DNA of 62,993 nt, the filler included, from Klebsormidium nitens (Eukaryota > Plantae > Klebsormidiophyceae), in the NCBI GenBank assembly GCA_000708835.1. It is 6 parts of 6 records of this genome, joined end to end, with 100 filler letters (N's around TTAATTAATTAA, not from the genome) between each part and the next. Parts side by side here need not be neighbours in the genome. Positions count along the whole stretch, not along the records: positions 42,977 to 47,327 come from DF238553.1; positions 47,428 to 54,091 come from DF238341.1; positions 54,192 to 62,993 come from DF238225.1; 3 more parts are not named here. The stretch is one strand, 5' to 3'. A program made the translations under genes and the position numbers. The notes under the pieces are model-generated. The model did not search any database. It was given only the letters and a program-made list of their open reading frames with translations, and was not told the DNA's origin. This document shows positions 45,053 to 57,268 of this stretch, piece by piece (the stretch's first letter is position 1; every line of letters begins with the position of its first letter).

Positions 45053-47212
45053 TCAAAAGCTAACTTCAAGGGCAAGTTGCTTCACTGCTCTCCTCACTTC
45101 CGCAATCCCAGGACATTGCTTGATGTCCGAACCCTGGAACTTCATAAAGGCGTCAGAAGGCAGAGCAAAGTAAAGCTCAACAGCCCCGGGCCCGTTTTGC
45201 CGGAGGAACTCTATTGCCTTCTTCATCCCAGCGCCTTTCAGATCGTGCCTCTTGCTGACCGTGATCTGGAACAAGACATTAGGCTGCGTTGCAGAATCCA
45301 CAGACTCGTTTGTCTTGCTCCGAGGTCTCAAGTACTGCCCGTCCTGCTTGCCCTGAATATCGTCCCACTTGTCGAAGACCAAGGGGGCTGCGGCAGGACG
45401 CTGGAAGATCTTGTCCGAGGTGGACAGCAACGGGTCGGACAGATCCCTGATCCTGAACTGACCGCCCTCGATCAGTCTAGCGTGGCAAAAACCTTCCCAC
45501 AAGTTGCCCCTCAGAGCTCCGACGGACCCCTCCCCTTCTGATGAGCTGAGAAACGTTCTTAGCGCCTCCTTCTCGTTCTTCCAGATCTGATACGCAACCC
45601 TGTGGGTCACGTATACCGAAGCCATCACCATCACGGTCGTTTCAAAGTCTCCCCGGACACGAAGATGGAGCAGTTTGTGGCTCGCTTCATTGGGGGCCGC
45701 TTGTGAACCGACCGAATCAACGAGAACTTTCAACGGTGTGGTGGAAATCGCCTTCTCGAGGAGAGCCTGAGCGTCCGAGTCCACCTTCTCCAGGACAAAG
45801 CGCGGGATGCCGCCCCATCTGCAGGATAACGAGAATGTTGTAAAACATCAGCGAGTTATGGATAGCATTCAAAGAACCTGTGCACCATATGCCGGGTAGG
45901 ATATGTATGGCATTGAAAGGACCGGTGCACCATGGACTGCATGAGAGCATGCAACTCCTGGGAAAGAAAGGAAAAAGAACTCCCGACATATCCTTGATGT
46001 GAATGTTTCTCGCTGAAGTTGAAAGCGGCCTGCTAGTCCATACCTGTCGTACCGGGCCTTTGACTCGTCGGGATCCCGGTCTGGGAAGACGCCCTCTCGG
46101 CAACTCTCCAGTTCGTTCCAGCTCCACACGTCCATATAGCGCATTCGATACCCCCACGATTTCCAGGGCTCCTACCAACAAGAAGAAGGGCACATGACAT
46201 CAAGGCAGACCATCAAACAGATCTCGAGACCATCAATTCTTAAAAAACGAGTCCAAGAACATTGGCATACAGATCTTCAGAGTTTGTTGCTTAGGCCAAG
46301 ACATGCAAGTCCACACCTGGGCACGGCCAGTTTTCAACAGGATTCCAGCATGCCTCACCTGGTAGATTTTCGGATCTGGTGACGTAACCAGGACCATTTG
46401 TGCCCTGGTTGGCAGGTCGCCAACATCCATGGGGTTAAGACCGTCCACCAGATACCTGCATTCAGTAAGACCTTTCTTGAATCAGATTCTGACCCAGTCG
46501 TTTAACCCCAGGAACAGCATTCGACAGGGACTCACATACAGGAGTTGCGGAGCAACAGTTATGTACAAATTCTGCTTCGACGTGCCACCAAAACGACCAA
46601 AATGTGACACACCTCACTTCAGGCCGGTTCAGCTGGTCTGCAAGGGACTTTGCATCCAGCTCAAAGCATCCGGTTGTCGTAAGCAGCGTCGGCTTTGAAC
46701 GAAATCCCCGCTTCACAATCACTACCGGCCGTGGCGGATCTTCAGTTGCCCACTGGTACAGAAGCAGGTAACCCAACATGGATTTGCCGATCCCTGCAAG
46801 GAAAATACTTGGCTAAACTTTGTGCAGTCTGGACGCCCCGTCAGAACCTCCAAAAGAAGCGACATTAAAGAGCTCACAGAACATAGCCCGAATCTCTCTC
46901 TAAAGACAGAAAATGACCCAAACCCCTTCTCAGAGACAAGATAATTGTTCTCTTCTCACCTGGATTTCCGATTATCGCCACCGCCCGGTTTTTCTTCCTG
47001 CCCGTGCTGTCTTCTTGCGCAAAGAGCTCAGAAACGTTCTGCTGCAAATCTGGATAGCAGTCGCGGCGGTATAACCGATTGCTGAGCCCCTCGTGCCCCA
47101 AAAAGTGGGTCCCATCAACAAGCGTCATGACTTTTCCATCATCGGACCAAGAAGCGTTTGGCAGAGCCGTCCAAAAGTCTGACAAGGCCTGCGGAGCTGG
47201 CGTAACTGCACA
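45053..47212 (-). CDS. Crinkler/RHS-type effector: P-loop NTPase + restriction-endonuclease-fold domain, multi-exon, 5' end missing
   Basis: Splicing 46960 to 46793 builds Walker A VAIIGNPG|IGKS. YLVDG, LVTSPD, MDVWSWNEL, WGGIPRFVL, ASHKLLH, RGNLWEGFCH, NESVDS and LFQITVSKRH follow, the standard CR-NTPase+REase signature. Confidence 0.88.
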
Positions 47213-47749
47213 GAGAAAGATAAGAGTTCCTTCCAGTCTTCAAGCAAGAATATTGTTCTGCACAAAGCATGCATGTGTGCACTCAAAGGGTCTAGAGACT
47301 TGCACAGTAAGGTGATCTCAAGCGACTNNNNNNNNNNNNNNNNNNNNNNNNNNNNNNNNNNNNNNNNNNNNTTAATTAATTAANNNNNNNNNNNNNNNNN
47401 NNNNNNNNNNNNNNNNNNNNNNNNNNNGATTGGGAAAGCTCTAATTTGATCGTTTTTGGATACCAATAAAAACACCTTGTTTTTTCCTTTTACATGCTTC
47501 AAGACGGTCCTGTCGAATGCTGCCCAGACGCAAGTCTCTGCACAGTGCAAGACAAGTTGGCATGCAAGAGTCAAGCTAGGCAAACTGCCTTCGCATGACG
47601 CAGCCCAAACCTTTTCTCCAAGGTATCATCACGCAGTTACACTGGTACTCAATAGCTACGTAGCTTGGAGCACGTTCTTGCGGTGGCAGACAGGCATTGA
47701 CCTGATGGTCTTTTGGGCGGCAATTTGCAGCTGAGAGTTTGGGGTGCAT

Positions 47750-48248
47750 CAATGGAAGCCCAGGAGGGGCTTGACCCCTGGTTGCGCGACTTTGAGGAAG
47801 CAATGCGCCTCACGGATGATGTTGCGAGCAGAATCCAGGAGATTGAGGGGCGGACACGATCCGGGGAGGACGTCTCCCGCGTAATCCACTCTGCCCGGAA
47901 GCGCATCCGGCGGCTCACTGCCACCGCGGACAAGCTGGAGGAGGTGCTCAACAATGGCCAAGACGCAGATGGAATGTGAGCAGTGGCCCTTACATGAACA
48001 CCTGCCCAACAGCTGGGCGCTTTGGGCCTGTTTTGACCCGCTCGCTCTTCGGAAGGCTTTCACTCCCTTTTACCCTGCATTGTGTTGTTTCTGAGCTGAG
48101 TTTGCACTTAAAGTGTTCCCAAAATGCCGCCTCATTTTTTTGGCCCTGCAAGCTCAATGCTCATCTTCTTTGATTTGACTGGTGGCTTTGGCGCATGCAG
48201 AACTGAGAAGGAGCTGTACCGGAGGAGAGACATGGTCATGGGGATAAG
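47750..48248 (+). pseudogene. SYP51: 5' fragment (two exons) of a SYP5/syntaxin-8-like Qc-SNARE
   Basis: MEAQEGLDPWLRDFEEAMRLTDDVASRI...RKRIRRL and TEKELYRRRDMV resemble the SYP51/52 N-terminus. I found no SNARE-motif or transmembrane exon downstream. Confidence 0.6.
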
Positions 48249-51200
48249 GTAAGAGGAGGGGCTTCATTCTTACTAACATTGTGTTGGAAGAAGAGGATAC
48301 CTGGAAAGTCGCTTTCTAATAGCAAACTGCACTTCTGGTACTTTGTGCCGGACACCCTCCTTTGAGCTTTTACTAAGCTCCGGAGGAACCACACCTGTGT
48401 AAAGTTTCTGTGAGCAGAGGAACGAAGTGCCGTGCTTGACTGAAGCTGCACACCCTGGTGATTTCGCCAGTGTCGTTTCCCTTCCAGGTACAGAGCCAGG
48501 AGTCAGGCGGCCATGCTTCCGGCACAGAGCAGCCAGCCAGCTGGCAGGTAAGGTGAGTAGGCAGCACGACAGGCCCACTGTGTGGGGGCAATGATGGCAG
48601 CCTACAACCATGGAATCTGGAGTGGAGTGGCTGTTTCTGCGTGGAGCGCAGTGGATGTTCTATTTGAAAATGTTGGCAGGCCGAATGATCGGGGAATGAT
48701 CGGGCGAGCATTGCCAGATACGATTTGCGATAGAATAGGTATTTTGGGTGACAAAGTGGAAGGTCCTTCTTTAAAAGTGGATGCTTTTGTATGGGGGATG
48801 GGGGTGGAGGGAAGATCAGACGAAAAAACGTTGCGCTTTCTTTGGGGAGCCAATACTGGCCAACATTGCAGAGTCATGTGATGAGCGGCTTGCTGATTCT
48901 GGAGTGTCAAAAACAAAGCTTGCTTTTTGCAGCTGGTCTCCCCTGACTCCAACCCAGCCATCTCGGTGGGACAGAGCTGGCCCATCGGAGGAGGGCGCTT
49001 CGAGCACGCGGGAGCTGAGGGCAGAAGGTTAGTCACCACAGCAGCATGTGGCGGGCCTTTGTAACCTGGCGCAGAGCTGGACAGAGGCAACCGTTCAGGG
49101 AAGCAGGGTGGATCTGACCATACCGTTCTGAGCCGACGCGCAGAAAGTGGAGATGATTGTGATGGTAGAGTGTGGGTAGAGCGTTCTGTCGTCTTCCCAA
49201 TGGAACTTAGGCATGGAATGCAGAGAAGCTGGGTAAGACACAAGGGACTGCCTTTCGAGGCAAGCAAGGAGGCAGGGCAGGAGTGCGCAAATCTGTACTG
49301 TCAGTTCTCAGAGCCTTCAGTCTGCTTATGTGTACAGATTCGGAGGTTCAGCCAAAGGAGGCTAGTGACGGCAGCAGTACAGACAAGCACATGGTGCTGG
49401 AAGTGCGCGACACCCCGGCCAGCCTGCACCAGTGCCTGCTGGTAAGCGGGGCGCCATGCTTGTGAGAAGCAAGCATAGATGTGGATCCGTTGCACTCTGA
49501 AAAGTACCGTTGTGGATGCTTCCTTCCCTAGGAGTCCAGTATGAGTGCTGCCCGTCACTCTAGGGAGACTGAATATGTAGTAAGACCTCTTTCGGACTCG
49601 ATCGAAAGAAAGCGCCAGACCTGCGGTTGCCTGTTACAATTGGCAAATGGATGGTCCGCCCCACCTGCAAGAAAGCGGACTCTGTATGCTCGCATCTAAT
49701 AGGCTGAATGCAGGCACATGCCGGGAGCACATACCTCGATTCGATACAGTGGGTCAAGGCTGACCCCTTTCTTAGGAGGCCTTCCTAGCTCGGCTGGCTG
49801 CACCGATTTGTGTTGAGTGACATGGGGGAAGTCTCTCCACAGCCATCTTGCACCTGGTTCCAAAGTGTCAAAGCAGCGAAAGGAGTGGTTTGAGTCAGTG
49901 AATGCTCAAAACTTGCAGGGCTTGTGACCACAAGCATACCCATGAATCCTTATGCACCAGTACTCAGGTGTAACAAGCAGGAATTCGCTCTTGGAGAATT
50001 TTTCACGGACCTCTTCACTGAAGACCCCTTTTCGGGGTTACCATCATTGTGCAAGAATTATTGAAATTGCATCCGGGCTTAACGTCGTTCGCAGGGTCAC
50101 TGACTTCGTCTTTTGCTTCCTATCAATTGCTGTGCAGGAGACCGACCCTGGGCATGAAGCGGAGCTCTCTGACGCATCCAGAACGGAGAGTGGCATGCTC
50201 GTCTGGATGAAACAACAAGCGGGTCGCCATTGTTCTTGCACGTGCTTGGCCCTAACCTTACTGCTCTTCTCATTTTGGTTTTTGTGGTCCTTGATTTGAG
50301 CAAGTGGATCGGCACCTGATCGCTTGCGACCTGTCTGCCTTGCGACCATGATTGGCGAGGGCATCTTGAAGGTACAGGAACTTTGGAAAGCAGGGCGCGC
50401 ACTTGTATTGCATAAATATGGCGTAGATAGTGATATTATTGAACTGACTGCGCGCACAGGCTTAAAAGGTCGTCGACTTACGACCTAAGGTTGAGAGTGT
50501 TGGTGAGATAAACGTTATGATCTTCGTGGTCAGGCACTTGCTAAATGGATTGCCGTGTTGACAGGTTAAACATGGTTCATAAGGAGTTTGGATTGATTCT
50601 ACAGAACAGTTGTGTTTGGTTGCGGTAAGAATTGGTATCCTTGGGTTACTCATCGATCTGAGTGCAGAGCTTCTTTGGTGCGTCTAGGTCCATGCAATAG
50701 CCTCCGCTGCCAGGAACAGGTCTGCAGCCGCCTTTGCGAGGGAGATCACTCGTTTCGCGGATCTTCGGGGTGTGCTCAATCTTCCCCCGGACAGCCCGCT
50801 GCTGCCCAATCTGTTGATTGTAGAGCGTACGAGGTTGTACAAGGCCCGCCCTGCAATGCTTGGTGCAGTCCGCAAGGTCTGAATTAGGCATGAGGCATTC
50901 ATCTTCTCAAGTCACCACTTATACGCAAGCCGAGGTTTGCCCTGTTTCCTCCAATTGCCGCCCTTTGGGCCCCAGCCATTCACCGCTGCTTGTGCTCGCC
51001 GTGTGAACTTCTGGCCTACCTTTCTACCCGCTTACCAGCAGTCGGTTGCATGTTCAACATGATGCACTGGCTATATAACAACGAGCCTCAACTGCAAATT
51101 ATGAACCGCGGCTTTGCAATTTTGAACAGTACAGTGGATGATTGTCATGCCATATGCCCTCGGTGCCAGATCGCCTCGGCTAGCCAATCAGCGTGCAACA

Positions 51201-52149
51201 CGTGGCGCTACCGTATTGTAACCAGTTAATTTAACGTAAGCTAGGTTAGCGTAGCTTAACCATAACCGCGTAGAATCCGACTAGGATAGGATCTGGACGA
51301 CCAGGCGGTATTGGATGTCCAACGACCAATCAAATCAGTGGGCATCCAATGATAATGCGATTCAATCCGAGTACGTTCTGCAACGATCCCGGGGTACATA
51401 ACCAGTTATGTTACCGGGTATGTTACCGACAGTAACCAGGTTACGTAGCGTGCTCAATGCATGCGGACATCCAACGCCGCTAATGCCATTGGAGATCCAA
51501 ACTCAATTGGCGATCCTACGAGTACTTAAGCCAATTGGGATCACCATTCCCAATTCGACTTTCATTCAAGTCATTATCAACCATCGTAATTGGACCCCGT
51601 GTCCAACCAGCATCCGAGCGCCTTGAGCGTTCAACCCAGCTTACGAGTGTGCTCGCGTACACTCACCCAGCCAGCAGTATCGGCGGACCAGGAAGACTAC
51701 ACATTGTACCAGAGTACCAGCAGCGATAGTAACACCATCGACCAGGAGAATCACACGGAGAACAACACCAACGGTAGTAGTACGAACACGACAGTAACTT
51801 AACCGGCCTTATAGCCCTAAGCGTTACCCACTTGTTTCTCATCATCATGTCTCACGCCTCCGGCGACGCCATCATCCAATCAGTAAGTGTCATGCACCTG
51901 TTTCTGTCGTTTGCTAGTGTTTGAGCTTATCCATTGAACATCCAACGGAATTCCTACGAGCCACTGCCATTTGGTTGAGAGCCTCAAGGTGAGCCGGTGC
52001 GGTTGTTACGAGGGTTACCTTGAATGTTAGCACGCCACTTCCAATCTTAACTTGTTCAATTGCATTACAACTTCATCCTTGCTTTTCACAAGCTGGACAT
52101 CCCAGCTACCCTACTTGAAAGAAAGTCTTGGGTGAACAATGCCGCCTGA

Positions 52150-52767
52150 ATGAGCTTTGAACGGAAGTCCGTGGTAGGAAGCAGCTTGCTTGAATCGACA
52201 TTAGACGGAGTTGAGAGGATTTCTGCATTTCAGCTATCGGTTCAGTTGGTCCGAGAGGAAAGGGAACTTGCATTGATTGGATCAGCGCTAGCAGCACCAG
52301 GAGGGCCTGGAGCTGACAGCAGTGCTTGGGAATTGGATAATTTGGAAATTTCAGTAGCAATCCAGGAGAGAATTGACCAACAGCTCCCAGACATATATCA
52401 AGAAACAGGATTGGTAGGAAACTTCAGCGGACAGCCATTTCGATATCGGACGTGGGAAGATCTTTGTGGAATTGAACAACTGTATTCGGACCTCAGACAT
52501 CACACTGGTCCAATTTTTGAGCTGTGGGGGACTGTGTTGTGTCCATTGTGCAACACCCCAGCTCAGGATTGGGACGACAATTTCAGTTTCATCTTGTTAA
52601 CTCAGCCTCTCAGGACAACCTTCTCGGATAATCCTCGGAGACCTTGCGTTAAAACTAGTCAGCTGACTGTCCAGAAGGACCTCTGGAAGCCAGTGGTGGC
52701 CGCAGTCATACGGCGCCATTTCACAGCGAACGGGGAGTCTTGCGCCCGCTCTGCCCTTTTAGTTTAG
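52150..52767 (+). CDS. Orphan ORF with CPLC motif
   Basis: 205-codon open frame with globular-looking composition; no family recognised. Confidence 0.4.
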   Translation: MSFERKSVVGSSLLESTLDGVERISAFQLSVQLVREERELALIGSALAAPGGPGADSSAWELDNLEISVAIQERIDQQLPDIYQETGLVGNFSGQPFRYRTWEDLCGIEQLYSDLRHHTGPIFELWGTVLCPLCNTPAQDWDDNFSFILLTQPLRTTFSDNPRRPCVKTSQLTVQKDLWKPVVAAVIRRHFTANGESCARSALLV

Positions 52768-52857
52768 ATATCTCAGGATTTTACTTGGTGAATGTCCCCT
52801 GCCAGTGTGCATCGGACGTCCGCAGCTACTAACAGCATTCTTCCACGTACAGAATTT

Positions 52858-53779
52858 CAATTGGGAAGAGACCGCGAAACGTGTCCCTGGACTCTTGGAA
52901 CGTGTCAACGCCCCACTCAGCCCCGCAGCCAAGAGCCGCCGGAGCTCAGTCCCCAGCCTATCCAACACTCCCCCATCTTCTCCCCAACATCCCAGCCAGC
53001 TCCAGTGCAACCACTGTGGGCCGGACTCATCCCCTCACTCCTCAGATCAGTGCCCTGGACGCCCGTCCAGAGCCTTTCACAGCAGCCTGAAGGTCAACAT
53101 CAGCGCCAACACTCAACGGGGCCAGCGTAAGCAGACCCCAGGACAGCGCCGAGAGGCCCAAGGCAACGACATCGACCAGACGCGGCTGCAACACGCCGTC
53201 ACCCGAGCGGATACCCTGTTTGCGGAACACGTAGCCCTGGACGGCACCAAAGCTGTTGAGCGTCATCTCTTCGCAGCCCGGAAGGCCAAGCTCCAGCACC
53301 GCAACGTCACCACCAAGCAGCGTGGGGTATACGAGGCCATCAGGGAAATCCCTGAGATCCTTCCCCTCAAGTGGCGTCAACAGCGGAACAAGCACCTCGC
53401 TTGCCCGCCCAACACGTCACGCCGCCTGCCCACTACCCGGGTGCCTAAGCCTGCGCCTCCTCCGATGGTCCACAACCCCACCTGGCGTAAGCAGCACCGT
53501 GCCGACACTCCCAGGCCCCCAGGCTTTGGAGACAATCGGCGTGTGCACTTTGCCCCCCCGGCAAGGCTGCATCAGGGTCCGGTGTACCCGACCCAACCCG
53601 TCTTCAGAAGGCTGGACAAGCAGACGTACCGGGGCCCCTACCAGCCGGCTCCCTACCGTCCGCCCCAGCTTTTCCCCAAGTACCCGCAGTACCGTCAGCC
53701 ATACCCGCAGCAGTACCAGCAGCAGCCGTTCCGGAAGCTGACCTGGAAGTCCAACAACTACTACGAGCCCCTGAACTAG
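52858..53779 (+). CDS. Orphan ORF or exon with helical core and P/Q/Y-rich tail
   Basis: Long open frame preceded by a CTAAC branch point and TACAG acceptor at 52857; no family recognised. Confidence 0.45.
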
Positions 53780-55143
53780 GGATCAGGTAATACGGAAATC
53801 CAGAAAGGTGTTGCCTTTCTGCTGTACCAGTTATTAAGGATTGTTGTTTGAACTGGTGGGATTAGACCCAAATTGCCCGAAGCTACAGTTAGTTGGACTG
53901 AGCGTGTTTCTTTTATTGTATCTGGCTGCCTTGTTATTGACTGCGCAGGAACATACTTGGATCAGAGGCATTGGCTGTACAGCCAAGTGCCGATCTCTTA
54001 TTGCACTGGAAATCACCCCATTGGATAAGGATTCTTGTTTGCCCCGGACAGTATTTTAACCACTGTTGTGACGGTTGGACAGGGTCACACGNNNNNNNNN
54101 NNNNNNNNNNNNNNNNNNNNNNNNNNNNNNNNNNNTTAATTAATTAANNNNNNNNNNNNNNNNNNNNNNNNNNNNNNNNNNNNNNNNNNNNATAACGGAC
54201 GATGCGCGGCCGCGAGTTTGGCGCGCAGCCAGAAGTCGGTGCGCAGTCGTGCCGTTACAGTGGGACTTCGCCGGATGTATGCCGGAAGTGTGCCGGCTCG
54301 GCATCATTGGTGACGCCAATATGCCGTGTGCTGATCGGAAGTATGCCGGGGGGGCCGCCTGTACCTCGGGCTCTGCCGCCACAGGCATAAAGAGGCCGTG
54401 CCCAGACAAAGGGTCGCCGGGCGGTACCTTCTCTGCCGGACCGGGGACTCGCGGCGCCCACTGCGGCATTATCAGCACAGGCCGTAATTCGGGGATCGGC
54501 GCGGCACCAAATGCTGGCCCCAGACCGCCCGGGCCGTGAGTGCCGCATCTCATATGGGCGACTGCCGGAGCCTTTCATAGGCTCCGGCACTCGCCTAGGT
54601 AGGTGCGGCAATGTACATGCCGCTCGCATTTAATGGCTGCCGTGTATTGTATGGGCAGGTGCCGCACCCTTGATGCGGTACCGGCCGGCATGTACTGTTT
54701 TCATCCATTACACCGGCCGGCATGCAGGGCATGTATTTATCCAAGTACCAGCCCGCACGCATCTACGGTAGAGTCCAGTGGGGACTGGAAACAGCGCTCT
54801 CAAACTTTGGAAGGTCGGTCCAGGCAAATTTTGCGTACGGATCGTGACTTTCGCCCTCGGTACGGCGAGTTATTCACTCGGCAAAACTTCAACTTTTTCG
54901 ATAATTCGGACATAGGCAGGAAGTCCGCGCGACCCGGCCGCGTCAGCCGCGCGGCTTGCAGCCGACGCGGCTCAGCTGCGGCAGTTCAAGTTGGTCTCAT
55001 ATCTGGACATTTGCAAGAGTACAATGGGGGCAGAAATGGCGCCAACAGCAGCTGGTATCCTAGCAATCCGCTCACTCTGAGGCACTATTGGCCCCCTCCA
55101 CAGTCTCTGCTGTAGACAACCTCTCTGCATTGGAAAGTTTGCA

Positions 55144-56424
55144 ATGGCACCCGGGCCAGACCCCCTTCCAGCAGCCACAGCACCGCGAAGCAATTCATGC
55201 AATTGTTGCGACAGATTCACTCATGTCAAGCTGCCTGATCCTCCAGGATGGGAGTTAGAAAGGCAGGAGGATTGGAGCCGGCTGTGGGACAAGAGAAAAG
55301 CTGCTGCCTTCAGGCGTTGGTTCGCGGACGAGGTGGAAGAATTATGTGGGCAGGATGTTAATGATCAGGTTCTAGAGTACTTTGATGACTTCAGCACAGA
55401 CGAGGTTCTTCTAATGTTTCAATGGGGCCTCCCGGGGGTGGAAGAGAACATGACATACTATGCAAGTAGGGCAGCCTCCCTCACTTTGCGCCAAGACTGG
55501 GAAGAGGAGTTTCACTTCAAGAACGAGAAGAATGATCAGACCATGCCGGCGGTAAGTTACATAATTCAATGGCAACTGTAGAAAGATTTGCTGGCCAGCA
55601 TTATTGAGAAACTTCAAAGGCACATTGTTGGCTGACGGGCATTTGTGAAATAAGCATCAGATGAACAAGTCCTGCATCAAATCTGAGGATGCCTCAATTT
55701 TGAGAACACTTTAAATGCTGTGAACACTGCCATCTTACAATGCTGTTAGAGAGTAGCCTTTCAAAAATGATTTTGCATTGTCATGCTTCAAGCTGCTGGT
55801 GTCCTATCAGACCTCAATGTCAGACGTGAATCCTGCATTGTGCAATTATCACTAAGAAGTCTGTCAAAGTGGAGCCTACTCTCGTGTCAAAGAGGTTTTT
55901 CTTTTGTCCTTCTGGGATTCATGCCCTTCCACCACTTGCTCTAACTAAGAGGGATAGACCTTGAATGCATTGCAGTCACTGGTAAGCCAAGTGCACATCC
56001 TCCATTTGGCAGTGTTGATAAAACAAAAGTTACTCTTACAGTAGCTCAGTCCCAGACCATGGTTCAGACCCGAGGCAAGTTGCTTTGGTTGAGAGCATTA
56101 TGATTATCTGGAGGCTTATTGTGTTGTTGCTCATTCATTTTGCAGATCCACTGCGCGCCATTTCCAGAGGAAGACTGTGAGGCCTTTCTCTGGGGACCTT
56201 TCTTTCGGAAGAAGTTCTACGCTTTGGAGAAGGCCATCAACGTGCACGAGTTCATCAGGCGTGATGCCAACTCCCCGAACTACATTGTGTCCAGGGTGCA
56301 CAACCTCGAGGCGACCCAAGCATTCTTTGACGACTTCTGGAGGGGCACCATGATAGAGGTAGTGCAACACGACATCGTGAACATGTATGATCCAATTCAC
56401 CCTGACCACAACCCTGGCTTCTAA
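55144..56424 (+). CDS. Unknown two-exon accessory protein inside the transposon; exons 55144-55551 and 56146-56424
   Basis: Phase-0 GCG|GTAAGT and TTTGCAG|ATC junctions join two protein-like ORFs. Confidence 0.65.
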
Positions 56425-57268
56425 GTTATAAGTCTTGCTTGCAAAGCTTATGGTTACGGCAGTCAGATGCTTCCAGTTGCTGAGCTGATGTTGGGCCAGT
56501 TGTTGTGGAACTTGGGATACATACCGTGTTGCTCAAATGTAATTCAGGGTGGGCATAGCCATTGGGCTTCGTGTTGGATGGATTACTGCAATTGATGTGT
56601 AACAAATTCAATAGGCCCGCAGTTAATATAGGCTGTCCGCATTACCATGTGATTGTACACTGTCACTCTCGCTAGAGCAAGCAGTGCTAGTCCCCGTACT
56701 ATTAGAGCTCCTCAAAAATTGACAGCCTCCGCAAATTTGCCCCTAGATGGTCGGTGTTAGTTAACTCCTCGTTAGCTGATGCCCATTCAAAACCTTCGTC
56801 CATCGGTTCCAGCTGAAGTTCCGGTAGCCAAACTATTGCACGATTTGATACTATATTAGTAAAAAGTTATTGTGCATTCGTCCGCCACTCATGGATAGGC
56901 ATGCAAAGGGCAAGTTGTCGTGCATGCTTGCTATAGCAGGCGCACCGTCCTCAATCATGCCAGCCTTACCGTGTTCGTTGTCGGTCAGGCTAGAGGGATC
57001 CCCCGCGATCGGGAGTGGTTCTTCCACCCCCCACTCCGGAAAACCTATATAAGATATTCAAAACGATACTCAGCACATGGCTGATGCTGCTACTTTCTAA
57101 TGTGCTACTTCCTTTAGTATGTGCGCCTTGCAAGTATGCCAGTGCGACGAAGCAGGCTCCGCGTATTAGGCGTCATGCTGTGCACGTGTACGTTTTGTGC
57201 CGGCATGATGTACACGATGAATTCGAAGAAACGGATTCTTCGAGCCGCGGCCGATCACATATTGTTGT

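Noticed and set aside
50044-50457. MVARQTGRKRSG as a histone H3-like tail
   Set aside because: Only a few residues match and no histone fold follows.
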